Shown here piece after piece: positions 11,784 to 21,223 of a stretch of 64,000 nt of DNA. The notes beneath the pieces were generated by a model. The model made no database searches, was not told the DNA's origin, and saw only the letters and a program-made list of their open reading frames with translations. The stretch is taken from the NCBI GenBank assembly GCA_963727525.1, contig CAVSGO010000007.1:1088001-1152000 (forward strand). Reading direction: 5' to 3'. Position 1 is the stretch's first letter. Every line of letters starts with the position of its first letter. The DNA comes from an uncultured bacterium (GTDB lineage Bacteria > Krumholzibacteriota > Krumholzibacteriia > LZORAL124-64-63). The translations under genes and the position numbers were made by a program.

Positions 11784-12593
11784 CTATCCGGCTTGCAGTA
11801 GCCGCAGGATCGCGCGCTGCGCGGCGAGCAGCGGCGGCCAATGCGTGGTGGCGGCCAGCGTTATCACGAACGGCACCGTGACGAGCAGACCGATCACGAC
11901 GACCTTGACGAGGTCCTGGCCGCGCAGGCTTCCCAGCTTGTCGGGATCGCCGGTGACGTAGGCCTCGGCGGCGAAGAATTCCTCGCCGATGAGCACGTGG
12001 TCGCACGCGGCCACGAGGAACGGCAACTGGTGCGCCGCCGCCGTGCCCGCCACCATCACGCTGCCGGCCTGCGCGCCGCCCTCGGCGATGAGGAGCGACT
12101 CGGCGAAGAAGCCGCCCAGCAGGAAGCAGGCGGCCGGGCGCCGACGCGCGATGAGGCCGTCGACCCGCGCGGCGAATCCGAACTGGTCGTCGGTGACGTA
12201 GCTCACGATCTCGGGGTTGTAGCTGTCGGGCCGGCCCGCCGCCGTGTAGCTCTCTCGCAGCACCTCGCGCGCAGCCGCCAGCACGAGACTGCGGTCGGTG
12301 GGCATCACGAGCTCGCAGCCATGCCGCGCCGTCATGCGGCCAACCGCGCCGAGGATGCCCAGGCTCGCCACGGTCTGCACGTCATCGAGGTCCTGCACGC
12401 CGGCGATGTAGAAGACGGGGCGTCCCATCTCGGTGGCGCGGCCAACGGCGTCCTCCATCGCCGCGACGCCGGCGATCCGTCGCACCGCCGGCAGATCGCC
12501 GCGCCGCGCGCGCCGGATACTGAGGAAGACGGCGGCGACGATCCCGACGATCACCACGGCCAGCGGCCAGCTCCCGGGCTGTATCCCGCTCAT
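11784..12593 (-). CDS. DUF6754-like membrane-anchored protein (GlmL-like operon)
   Basis: RRIAGVAAMEDAVGRATEMGRPV, FFAESLLIAE, QLPFLVAACDHVLIGEEFFAAEAY. TM at both ends and ATGA overlap. Family name is from recall. Confidence 0.75.
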   Translation of the reverse strand: MSGIQPGSWPLAVVIVGIVAAVFLSIRRARRGDLPAVRRIAGVAAMEDAVGRATEMGRPVFYIAGVQDLDDVQTVASLGILGAVGRMTARHGCELVMPTDRSLVLAAAREVLRESYTAAGRPDSYNPEIVSYVTDDQFGFAARVDGLIARRRPAACFLLGGFFAESLLIAEGGAQAGSVMVAGTAAAHQLPFLVAACDHVLIGEEFFAAEAYVTGDPDKLGSLRGQDLVKVVVIGLLVTVPFVITLAATTHWPPLLAAQRAILRLLQAG

Positions 12594-13735
12594 CTCGGCC
12601 CCCCCTCGGCCGGTGTGTCGCCCATCAGCTCGAGATTCGCACGTGGCACGAGCACCGCGCTGCCGCCGTCGAGATCGACCTCGGCGACCAGACAGCGGGC
12701 CTCGTTGGGCAGAGCCGCGAGCGCCGCGGGCAGCCGGGCCACGCGCCCACACTGGCCGAACCACGGCTCACGCACGACCATGACCCGGCAACCCGGTTCC
12801 AGGGCGCCAGGACGCACCGCTTCCGCGGCCGCGGCATCCACGGGCGTCGCCAGCGGTATGATGATTTCCGGACGCACGGCGCCGGCGCGCACGCGGGTCG
12901 TGCCCGCCAGGCAGGCTTGGCGCCCCTCGCTCGCCAGCAGCAACGCGAAGGCGCGGCGATCCACGGGCATGCGCCCGAACCCCCCCAGCACCACGAGGGT
13001 GAGGGACGCTGCGATCTCGGTGGTGTCGGCCACGCAGAGTTCGCGACCGAGCCACATGTCGAGATCGGTCGCCGCGACGCCGCCCGTGATCACACCCACG
13101 GCGCCAGACGCCGCGGCGCGACGCAGCGCGTCACAGGTCACCAGTCCGCCGGCCACGAGGATGCGTCCCGTGAGATCGCCGTCGATCATCTCGCCGGTGA
13201 GGGTCGCGTCAGGTCGGCGGACTGCGAGCGTCAACTCGCCTACCGCCTCGCCCCCCACGCCGAACACGCCGGGAAGCTGGGCACCCCATCCCATGACCGC
13301 CACGCCCCGCCGCGCCTTGACCTCGGTGACAATGCCCGGCAGGAACGCGCACACCTCCCGCGGCAGCGCGCTTCGGGCCAGCAGCACCTGACCCGTGTGC
13401 CGGGATACGGCCACGACGGTCCCGTCGTTCGGGGCAGGGCAGGTCGTTGCGAGCCAGCCCCACAGTCCCCGGGTGCGCGCAAGGGCGTCGCCGGCCAGCA
13501 CCGCCTCCCCGACCGCCTTCACCATGGCGCCCGGCACCTCGGCAGGGCGCAGGTCGAGCTGCTGAGCCACGTTCACAGTGAACATGGCCCCCTGCCCCGC
13601 CGCGCGCGCCACAACCGTGTCGGGGCGCACGCGATCGCCGACGCCTAGCAGCACCTCGCCGTCGACGGGCATCAGTCGCCAGCGACGCAGCACGGTGCGC
13701 GGACGGGGCGCCAGGCTGAAATGGGGCGTCGTCAC
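12590..13735 (-). CDS. Hypothetical soluble protein with barrel-sandwich-hybrid-like repeats and KOW-like C-terminus (GlmL-like operon)
   Basis: GEVLLGVGDRVRPDTVVA and VGEAVLAGDALA motifs, GAVGVITGG, PGCRVMVVREPWFGQCG, VPRANLE. GTGA overlap. Confidence 0.75.
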   Translation of the reverse strand: MTTPHFSLAPRPRTVLRRWRLMPVDGEVLLGVGDRVRPDTVVARAAGQGAMFTVNVAQQLDLRPAEVPGAMVKAVGEAVLAGDALARTRGLWGWLATTCPAPNDGTVVAVSRHTGQVLLARSALPREVCAFLPGIVTEVKARRGVAVMGWGAQLPGVFGVGGEAVGELTLAVRRPDATLTGEMIDGDLTGRILVAGGLVTCDALRRAAASGAVGVITGGVAATDLDMWLGRELCVADTTEIAASLTLVVLGGFGRMPVDRRAFALLLASEGRQACLAGTTRVRAGAVRPEIIIPLATPVDAAAAEAVRPGALEPGCRVMVVREPWFGQCGRVARLPAALAALPNEARCLVAEVDLDGGSAVLVPRANLELMGDTPAEGGPR

Positions 13736-15867
13736 GGCCACACCTCCGGGATCGCATCCAGGGCGCGCCACCATCCGCGCACCACCTTGCGCCGCGACAG
13801 TTCCGCGCTGGGCCACACGATGGCGCGCCCACGGCCGTCGAGCACCACGCCCGCCGGGCCTCCGCACACCCAGGCCGCCACAGGCTGCCCGGGGCCGGCG
13901 CCGAAGTCCACACGTTCCTGCGGCTCGATGCTCAGATGCGCCTCCTGCCCGGCAGCCAGCGGCAGCCGCCGCAACTCGCCGGCGACGAAGAGCACCGACG
14001 ACGCGGCGTCATCGTCGCCTCGCGGATCGCGCAGGCGCACCTGCGCCAGCGGTTGCCCGGGCGCCACCGGCGCGGCGACCGGCGCCACGCAGGCGCCGAG
14101 CGTCACGATCGCATCGCGTTGCAGCACTGCGGCCGCGGCGTCCGCGTCGACACCGCGCAGCACGCCGAGATGGGGCAGCACGAAGACCGAGTCCACCGCG
14201 AGCTCGGTCACGCCCACCGGCCGGCAGGCGTCGACGAGCATGAGCGCCGCCTGCGTGCGCCGCGGTGCGTTGGCCAGGGGGCCGCCCGAGCCGAGCAACA
14301 GACGCACGCGCGGCCAGTCGATCGCCGGCGGCGGCACGTCTGAAACCAGGTCGAACGCGAGACGTCCGCCGGCCGTCACGGCGTCGCGTCCGCCGCGCAG
14401 AGGCTGCATCGCAGCCTCGTGATCGACGAGTGCCAGGCGCAGCGCCTCGCGAGCCGCCGCCTGTTCGAAACAGAGGTCGTCCCAGGTCACCGGGAGGGTG
14501 GTCGGACGCACCATCTTGTTGCGTGCGCGATCGCGCAGACTGTCGAGGTCGCCCGGCCCCGGCAGCCAGCGTGCGATCGTCTCCCACCCGGCGCGCGCGC
14601 CCACGCTGCCGAGGCTATAGCTGAGGCCGAGGTTCGCGCTCACGCTGCGGCGCACCACGCCGTCGCGCACGCTGAAGACGTCCGTGGTCGCCCCGCCGAG
14701 ATCCACGGCCACGACATCGCCGTCGGCCTGCTGCGCGAGCAGATCGAGCGCCACGCCGAAGGCCGCGGGCGTAGGCAACACCGGCGCGTGGCACAGCGTC
14801 TGCAGACCCGGGTAGCCGGGCGCGCGCGCCATCACGTGACGCAGGAAGACATCGTGGATGCAGGCGCGCACCGGCTGCACTCGCTCCTGCTCGAGGGTGG
14901 GGCGCACATTGGGGGCCACCACGACCTCGGCGACGGCGGCGAGCGCCGTGGTCACTCCTTCCGCTGCCTGCGGGTTGCCGGCGAAGACGACGGGCAGGCG
15001 TCCCTCCCCGTAGCGCGGGCGGATGCCGGCGGCGGCCACCAGCTCGGCAAGCCCCACGACCGGCGCCACGGCTCCTTCGTCGGTGCCACCGCTGATCAGC
15101 ACGATGTCGGGCCGACAGAGGCGCAGGCGTTCGAGCCGGGTCACGGTGTCATCGGGGTCGTTGTGCGCGAACACGGCCGTTATGATGGCGCCCGCCCCCA
15201 GCGCGGCACGCGCCGCGCTCTCCGCGGTCATCGCGCGCACCAGGCCGACCACCACCATCTGCAGCCCGCCACCTGCGCTGCTCGTCGCCAGGCAGGCGCG
15301 GACGCCATGGTGCGCGTCGGTCGCGGGCAGGATGCGGTTCCCGTCGTCGGCCAGGAACGGATGGCCCGTCAGCTCCTGCAGCAGGGTGAGGGCGCTGCGC
15401 ACGCCGCAGAGCACGTCTTCTACCGGCGCCTCCACCGTGGTGGGCGACTCGGCGCGACCGGCCAGACGGTAGCAGCCACCATGGTGCACGAGGAGCACGG
15501 CCTTCGTGGTGGTGGACCCGCAATCGGTGATGACGTAAGCACCGTCAGGTGGTCCCGCGAGCCGCCGCGTTTGCGCCTCGGGAGCGGTGGCCGCATCCAG
15601 GTGAGCCAGCAGCCGATCGATCTGCGGCCGCTGCTCCAGCAGGTCGGCCAGACGTTGCCAGTCTCCCCCTGCCTCGGTGAGCGATACGAAGGGCGCCAGC
15701 GCCTGCATGAGCTGGCTTCCCACGAAACTCAGCGGACGCAACCATTCGAGTCCCAGCAACGCGGGACCGGCGAGGCCGCGGCGCGCGATGGCCGCAGCCA
15801 CGCCCGCCAGGAATCGATCGTCGCTCGCGTCGAGGCCGGCGCGCCGGCGTCTCGGATCGCTGCGCAT
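13732..15867 (-). CDS. GlmL/MutL-like (glutamate mutase accessory family, ASKHA actin-like ATPase) with fused N-terminal helical domain
   Basis: DCGSTTTKA phosphate-1 loop, ATSSAGGGLQM, ISGGTDEG, VDLGGATTDVFS, RSVSANLGLSYS. About 100 extra N-terminal residues. Start uncertain. Confidence 0.85.
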   Translation of the reverse strand: MRSDPRRRRAGLDASDDRFLAGVAAAIARRGLAGPALLGLEWLRPLSFVGSQLMQALAPFVSLTEAGGDWQRLADLLEQRPQIDRLLAHLDAATAPEAQTRRLAGPPDGAYVITDCGSTTTKAVLLVHHGGCYRLAGRAESPTTVEAPVEDVLCGVRSALTLLQELTGHPFLADDGNRILPATDAHHGVRACLATSSAGGGLQMVVVGLVRAMTAESAARAALGAGAIITAVFAHNDPDDTVTRLERLRLCRPDIVLISGGTDEGAVAPVVGLAELVAAAGIRPRYGEGRLPVVFAGNPQAAEGVTTALAAVAEVVVAPNVRPTLEQERVQPVRACIHDVFLRHVMARAPGYPGLQTLCHAPVLPTPAAFGVALDLLAQQADGDVVAVDLGGATTDVFSVRDGVVRRSVSANLGLSYSLGSVGARAGWETIARWLPGPGDLDSLRDRARNKMVRPTTLPVTWDDLCFEQAAAREALRLALVDHEAAMQPLRGGRDAVTAGGRLAFDLVSDVPPPAIDWPRVRLLLGSGGPLANAPRRTQAALMLVDACRPVGVTELAVDSVFVLPHLGVLRGVDADAAAAVLQRDAIVTLGACVAPVAAPVAPGQPLAQVRLRDPRGDDDAASSVLFVAGELRRLPLAAGQEAHLSIEPQERVDFGAGPGQPVAAWVCGGPAGVVLDGRGRAIVWPSAELSRRKVVRGWWRALDAIPEVWP

Positions 15868-15874
15868 CGTCGGG

Positions 15875-17533
15875 TCAATCCCGGGCCTTGAGGAACTCTC
15901 CGACGGCAATCAGATCGCGGCCCTCGCCGGCCAGCGCCTCGGGCGCACAGCGGGCGGTGATCTTCGCCGCGAGCTGCGCACCGGCGGCGACGGCCTCGGC
16001 CCCGCCGTCCTCGACGAAGCCCGGCACGAGCGAGACCGCCCCCAGCACCACCGCCTGCACGGCCTGCCGGGCGAAGACGCGACTCGCCGCGGCGTGCATG
16101 TCGGCCAGGGCGCTCCCCTCTGCGGCGAGCGACGCAGCCTTGCGTGCGCAGGCACCCGCCACCTCGCAGCGCGCCATGAGATCGGCGAGCCGGAAGAGCG
16201 CGAGCTGGTGGCGCGTGATCTTCGCCGCATGCCCGGCCAGGATCACATCGTTCAATCCGCGCAACGCGGCCGCAGCGAGACCGGCGCCCACGTGGCCCGC
16301 CTCGGCGTGGGTGGCGTCGAGAGCCTCGGCAAGGCGGTTGTAAACCTCACCCTTGCCCCGCACTGTGTCCTTCCAGCGATACAGGCCGATGATGCTCTGC
16401 TGGATCTCGCTGGTACCCTCGTAGATCGACGTGATGCGCACGTCGCGGCGATACTTCTCCACCATGTACTCGCGGCTGTATCCATAGCCGCCGAGAGCCT
16501 GCAGCGCGCAGTCGGCCGCACGGTTGCCGGCCTCGGTGCACCACAGCTTGGCCACCGAGCCCTCGACCTGGAGGTCCGTCTCGCCGCCGTCGATGCGCAG
16601 CGCGGTGTCCTCCACGTAGTCGCGGCCCGCGAGCATGTCGATCCACGGCTGCACGATGAGCTTGAGCAGGTAGCCTTCCTTGTCCACGAGCGGCGCGCCG
16701 AACTGGATGCGCTGCTTGCCGTAGGCGAGCGCGCGGTCGAGGGCGCCTTGCCCTGCGCCGAGCCCGAAAGCGCCTACCATGAGGCGCGTGTAGCCGAAGA
16801 CTGCGTTGGCCTGCTTCAGCCCCTGCCCTTCCACGCCACCCACGAGCTGGGACGCTGGCACCTCGACGTCCTCGAGCAGCACGGCCGCGGTATTAGAGGC
16901 GCGGATGCCATGTTTATCCTCTTGCTTGCCCAGCACGAGGCCCGCGGCGCCGCGCTCGACGATGAAGAATGTGGGACCGGCAGGCGCCTTGGCCAGGATC
17001 GTGTAGAGATCGGCGACCCCACCGTTGGTGATGAATTGCTTGGCGCCGGCGAGGCGGTAGCCGGTGACGGCGCCGCTCGCATCGGTGATGGGCGTGGCCG
17101 TGGTCTTGAGCGAGGCCACATTGCTACCGGCCTCGGGCTCGGTGACACCGTAAGCCACCACCATGCCCTCGCCGGCGATGCGGCTCAGCCAGTGCTGCTT
17201 CTGTTCCGGCGTACCCCCCACCACGATGGGATCGGTGCCCAGGCAAATGGCGAGGAACGCCGTGGCCACGCCAAGGTCATGTGCGGCCATGACCTCGGAC
17301 ACGCGGCAGATGTCGCGCGCGCCACCGCCGAGGCCGCCCACCTCCTCGGGCAGGAAGATCAGGTGCAGGCCGACATCCGGGGAGAGCAGCTTGCGGATGA
17401 CGTCGGTGGGGAAGATGTCCTTCTCGTCGAGTTCGAGCAACTTGCTATCGGGCAACTCGCGCGCGACGACCTGCAGCAGCGTCTGCACCACCATGTCGGT
17501 CATCTCGGGAGCCAGGCCGGCCGGTCGATTCAT
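15875..17533 (-). CDS. Acyl-CoA dehydrogenase with C-terminal extension
   Basis: AYGVTEPEAGSNV, GAKQFITNG, RIQFGAPL, QALGGYGYSREY, IYEGTSEIQ. ATG at 17533 behind AGGAGG. Confidence 0.93.
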   Translation of the reverse strand: MNRPAGLAPEMTDMVVQTLLQVVARELPDSKLLELDEKDIFPTDVIRKLLSPDVGLHLIFLPEEVGGLGGGARDICRVSEVMAAHDLGVATAFLAICLGTDPIVVGGTPEQKQHWLSRIAGEGMVVAYGVTEPEAGSNVASLKTTATPITDASGAVTGYRLAGAKQFITNGGVADLYTILAKAPAGPTFFIVERGAAGLVLGKQEDKHGIRASNTAAVLLEDVEVPASQLVGGVEGQGLKQANAVFGYTRLMVGAFGLGAGQGALDRALAYGKQRIQFGAPLVDKEGYLLKLIVQPWIDMLAGRDYVEDTALRIDGGETDLQVEGSVAKLWCTEAGNRAADCALQALGGYGYSREYMVEKYRRDVRITSIYEGTSEIQQSIIGLYRWKDTVRGKGEVYNRLAEALDATHAEAGHVGAGLAAAALRGLNDVILAGHAAKITRHQLALFRLADLMARCEVAGACARKAASLAAEGSALADMHAAASRVFARQAVQAVVLGAVSLVPGFVEDGGAEAVAAGAQLAAKITARCAPEALAGEGRDLIAVGEFLKARD

Positions 17534-17558
17534 GACGTTCCTCCTGAACGAATCGCCC

Positions 17559-18485
17559 TCAGGGCAGTGTGATGGTCCCTTTGCCCACCAGCGCGCAGCG
17601 ACCGCCCACCCGGATGTCGGTGGCGTGCCCGCTGCGCACCGTCGCCTCGACGAACAGGCGGCTGGGACGGCCCATCTCGAGACCCTGTTCACTGACGAAG
17701 GAGACCCGGTCGGCCCAGCGGACCAGCCGGTGCTTGACGAGATAGGCCGCGAGCGCGCCGTGAGCGGCCCCGCTGGCCGGGTCTTCGGGAATGCCGTACA
17801 TCGGCGCGAACATACGGCAGTGCACCGACGCGTCGGGATCCACGGTCTCACAGGTGAACACGAAGAGATCGCCGAAGCCGAGGTCGCGCGCGATCTTGTC
17901 GGCCTCCCGCCGGCGCAGCGTGGCCGCGCGTACGGCCGCCAGGCTGCCCACGGGGACGACATGGATCGGCAGACCGGTGGCGATCACCTCGCACGGCAGG
18001 CCCGTGATCGCGATCTCGCTCTCTTCCAGCCCCAGTGCCTGCGCCACCTTGCCGCGGTGGAAGTACTGGCCCAGAAAATTCGGCGCGTCCAGCAGCAGGC
18101 TGTAGATGGCCGCGTCGCCGTGGCCAGCCGTGATGACGGTGGCTCGGCTCGACTCGAGAGCCCAGGTGAACGGCACCGGCTTCTTTCCGGCCGCGCGCCG
18201 GCCCAGGACATCGAGACCGAAGGTGGCGCCGATTGTCGAGTGCCCCGCGAACGGCAGCTCCACCTGGGGAGTGAAGACTCGCAGCACGCCCTCGTGACCT
18301 CCGGCTCGCGGGCGCTCCACCACGAATGCTGTCTCCCCGCACCCCATCTCGCGCGCGAGCTTGAGCATGATGTCCGGTGGCACACTGCCGGCATCGGGGA
18401 ACAGCGTCAGGCGACTGCCCCCGAGGGCCTCGTCGCAGAACACGTCGATCAGCAGGAATTCCAGCTGGAGCAAGGCCGTGGCCAC
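17559..18485 (-). CDS. PhzF/PhzC-family isomerase/epimerase
   Basis: LIDVF, ETAFV, RVFTPQVELPFAGHSTIG, EDPASGAA, EQGLEMGRPS. Start approximate. Confidence 0.9.
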   Translation of the reverse strand: MATALLQLEFLLIDVFCDEALGGSRLTLFPDAGSVPPDIMLKLAREMGCGETAFVVERPRAGGHEGVLRVFTPQVELPFAGHSTIGATFGLDVLGRRAAGKKPVPFTWALESSRATVITAGHGDAAIYSLLLDAPNFLGQYFHRGKVAQALGLEESEIAITGLPCEVIATGLPIHVVPVGSLAAVRAATLRRREADKIARDLGFGDLFVFTCETVDPDASVHCRMFAPMYGIPEDPASGAAHGALAAYLVKHRLVRWADRVSFVSEQGLEMGRPSRLFVEATVRSGHATDIRVGGRCALVGKGTITLP

Positions 18486-18588
18486 CTCGTGGAAGACGGG
18501 ACATACGCGCGCCACGCGCGCTGCCGAAGCATAGGACAGGGGCGCAACCAAGGCAACCCTGGCGCGCCGGCAGATCGAACTGGGCGTC

Positions 18589-18966
18589 TCAGACCAGGAT
18601 CACGGTGGCCACGGCATGGTCCCGCTCGTGGCTGAGCGTGACCAGGCTGCGATCGGCACCCGCCGCCGCGAACGCCCGGGCCGCCGACCCGTGGAGCGCG
18701 AGGGTCGGCGCCCCATCCGCCGCCCGCACGACCTCGACATCCCGGTAGACCACGCCCCGGCCGTGGGCACCGAGCGCCTTGATGAAGGCCTCCTTCGCCG
18801 CCCACCGCGCCGCCAGGGCCGCCGCGCCCGCCGCGCCGGGCCGAGCCAGCACGGCCTGCTCGCGCGGACGGAAGCAGCGATCGAGGAAGCGCGCACCGTG
18901 GCGGGCGACCAGGTCGCCGATGCGCGCCACCGACACGATGTCGGTGCCCAGACCGCGGATGCTCAA
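18589..18966 (-). CDS. acpS: Holo-[ACP] synthase
   Basis: GLGTDIVSVARI, ARWAAKEAFIKALG, VTLSHERDHAVA. TTG start overlaps the upstream stop. Confidence 0.92.
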   Translation of the reverse strand: MSIRGLGTDIVSVARIGDLVARHGARFLDRCFRPREQAVLARPGAAGAAALAARWAAKEAFIKALGAHGRGVVYRDVEVVRAADGAPTLALHGSAARAFAAAGADRSLVTLSHERDHAVATVILV

Positions 18967-19652
18967 TACGCCCCCTTCCGCTGGATCACGGCGGGCAACG
19001 TGCGCAGCAGCATGGACAGATCGTAGCCCAGACTGCGACGCCTCACGTACTCCCGATCGAGGGCCATCCACTCGCTGAAGTCGAGATGGCTGCGCCCGGA
19101 CACCTGCCAGAGACAGGTGAGCCCCGGTCGCACGAGCAAGCGCAGCGCGTCCTCCGGCGAGTACTCGGCCACCTCGCTGGGGATCTGCGGACGCGGCCCG
19201 ACCATGGACATCTCGCCGCGCAACACGTTCCAGAGCTGTGGAAACTCATCGAGACTGCTGCGGCGCAGGAAGCGACCGACCCCGGTGATGCGGGGATCGT
19301 CCTTGATCTTGAACGCGGCGCCCGTGGCCTCGTTCAGATGCTGCAGCTCGCGCTTGCGGGCCTCCGCGTCGACACTCATCGAGCGGAACTTGTAGCATCG
19401 GAAGATGCGCCCATGGCGCCCCACACGATCCTGGCAGAAGAAGATGGCTCCCGAACTCTCGAGCAGGATCAGCGCCACGATGAAGGGGAATAGCGGCAAC
19501 ACCAGCAGCAGACCCGCGAGCGCCGCGACCACGTCGATCAGGCGGCGCAGGACCCGGTACCACCACGCATCGGCCCGATCGTATCCCTCGCGGACCGCCG
19601 CGATGGTGGCGTCATATCCGGCCTCGTCGCCGTAGAACCAGCAGTCGCTCAC
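18963..19652 (-). CDS. Bacterial sugar transferase (small polyprenyl phosphoglycosyl transferase)
   Basis: RRLIDV, YKFRSM, DPRITGVGRFLRRSSLDEFPQLWNVLRGEMSMVGPRP. Confidence 0.92.
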   Translation of the reverse strand: MSDCWFYGDEAGYDATIAAVREGYDRADAWWYRVLRRLIDVVAALAGLLLVLPLFPFIVALILLESSGAIFFCQDRVGRHGRIFRCYKFRSMSVDAEARKRELQHLNEATGAAFKIKDDPRITGVGRFLRRSSLDEFPQLWNVLRGEMSMVGPRPQIPSEVAEYSPEDALRLLVRPGLTCLWQVSGRSHLDFSEWMALDREYVRRRSLGYDLSMLLRTLPAVIQRKGAY

Positions 19653-21223
19653 GGCGCCATCCCGGTCGGCTGCCGTTGCCAGAGGTCGACCGTGACGCCC
19701 GGACCGGAGTAGACCCGGTCGAGGCGACCACACGCGGCGAGAGCCGACGGGAGATGATCGTGAGGATCGAGGTACCAGGTCTGTGCCCACACGACCCAGG
19801 CGGCGTCGTGCGTCCCGAGTTGCCGCTGCACCAGCGCCTCGGCATCGGCGATGGTCTTCACCGTGGGTTCGCGTCCGCAGCGCAGCACATCGTCGCCCTC
19901 ACGCGCATAGAAGCGCACGGACGCCGTGACGCTCGGTGCGAGGATCGGCAGGTGCCGCGCGTCGTCCGCGGCGATGGCGGCCACGGCACCCCTGATGTCG
20001 GGCTTGGCGAACCGCGGATTGTGGTAGTAACCCACGAGCGACGCCACGAAGAGCAGGCAGAGCGCCACGCTCAGGGCGAGGTTGCCCGGCCGGCGCAGAC
20101 GCGCCGCACCGGCCGCGGTCACCAGCAGGATCCACGGGAAGGCCGGCGCCACGTAACGCACGTTGAACGGCTTGATGTTGCGGACGGCCAGCAGCGTGAC
20201 CGCGAGCACCGGGATGCCGATCCACAGCAGCAGGGCCCAGCGCTTGCGCTGCAGGCGGAAGAGCCCCAGCGTGAACGCCGCGCCCGCCACGAGCGCGGCC
20301 GGCGCGACGATCGGCGCGTACTGTCTCAGGACCGCGAGCCGATCCGGAGCATGCAGTTCCGCCAGCGACGGCCCCAGGCTGAACCCGAAAAAGAGCGAGA
20401 ACATCGCGAAGGGCAGAGCCCAGGGCGTGAACGTGGTGGCGCCGCGTAACGCCTCCCCCATCTCCGCGCCCGGAAGCACGCGATCGACCTCCCAGATGCC
20501 CGCGGCCCGCAGCAACCATGGCAGCGTCAGCACCACGCCGCCTCCGAGGGCGACGATCCACACGCCCCAGGCCCGAGCACTGCGCAGCGGCGTCGTCAAT
20601 AGCAGCGTCACCCCGTACGCGACGAGCAGGAAGAGAAACGCCAGATTGCTCGCCAGACCGCCCGCCACCAGGACCGCCATCGCGACGGCACGGCCCCAGT
20701 TCGGCTCGCCTTCGCGCAACCGCACGAACATGAGTCCGCTCGCCACGACGAAGAGCATGAGACAGGCATAGCCCCGTGCCTCCTGGCTATACCAGAGGTG
20801 GAACGGGCTGAGCGCCAGCAACAGGGCCGCCAGCCTGCCGACATTGCGGCCGAAGAGCCGGCCACTGATCAGGCCGAAGAGGGGCACGGTGAGCGCGCCG
20901 GCGATCACCGAGGGCAGACGCAACGCTCCTGCCGTGGGCGCGACGCGCACGGCGAGCCAGGCCAGGGCATGGTAGAGAGGGCTCTGGTACGCCTGGAAAA
21001 TCTGATGCCAGAAGTGGAAGCCCCGGTCGGGCGCCACCTCCAGCCACGTCTGCGCCTCGTCCACCCATACCGACTGGTCGCCCAGCCGGTAAAGACGCAG
21101 GATCACCGCCAGGATCGTGACCACCGTGAGATAGCGCGACCCCACGCGACGTATCGCATCGGGCGGCGGTCCGAGCCAGCCCGCCGGAGGCACGAGCGTG
21201 CCGCGGTCGGTCGCATCAATCAT
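19649..21223 (-). CDS. GT-C fold membrane glycosyltransferase (PMT_2/GT39/83-like)
   Basis: SVWVDEA, PLYH, LRLPSV, SPFHLWYSQEARGYA, many TM helices. Confidence 0.85.
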   Translation of the reverse strand: MIDATDRGTLVPPAGWLGPPPDAIRRVGSRYLTVVTILAVILRLYRLGDQSVWVDEAQTWLEVAPDRGFHFWHQIFQAYQSPLYHALAWLAVRVAPTAGALRLPSVIAGALTVPLFGLISGRLFGRNVGRLAALLLALSPFHLWYSQEARGYACLMLFVVASGLMFVRLREGEPNWGRAVAMAVLVAGGLASNLAFLFLLVAYGVTLLLTTPLRSARAWGVWIVALGGGVVLTLPWLLRAAGIWEVDRVLPGAEMGEALRGATTFTPWALPFAMFSLFFGFSLGPSLAELHAPDRLAVLRQYAPIVAPAALVAGAAFTLGLFRLQRKRWALLLWIGIPVLAVTLLAVRNIKPFNVRYVAPAFPWILLVTAAGAARLRRPGNLALSVALCLLFVASLVGYYHNPRFAKPDIRGAVAAIAADDARHLPILAPSVTASVRFYAREGDDVLRCGREPTVKTIADAEALVQRQLGTHDAAWVVWAQTWYLDPHDHLPSALAACGRLDRVYSGPGVTVDLWQRQPTGMAP

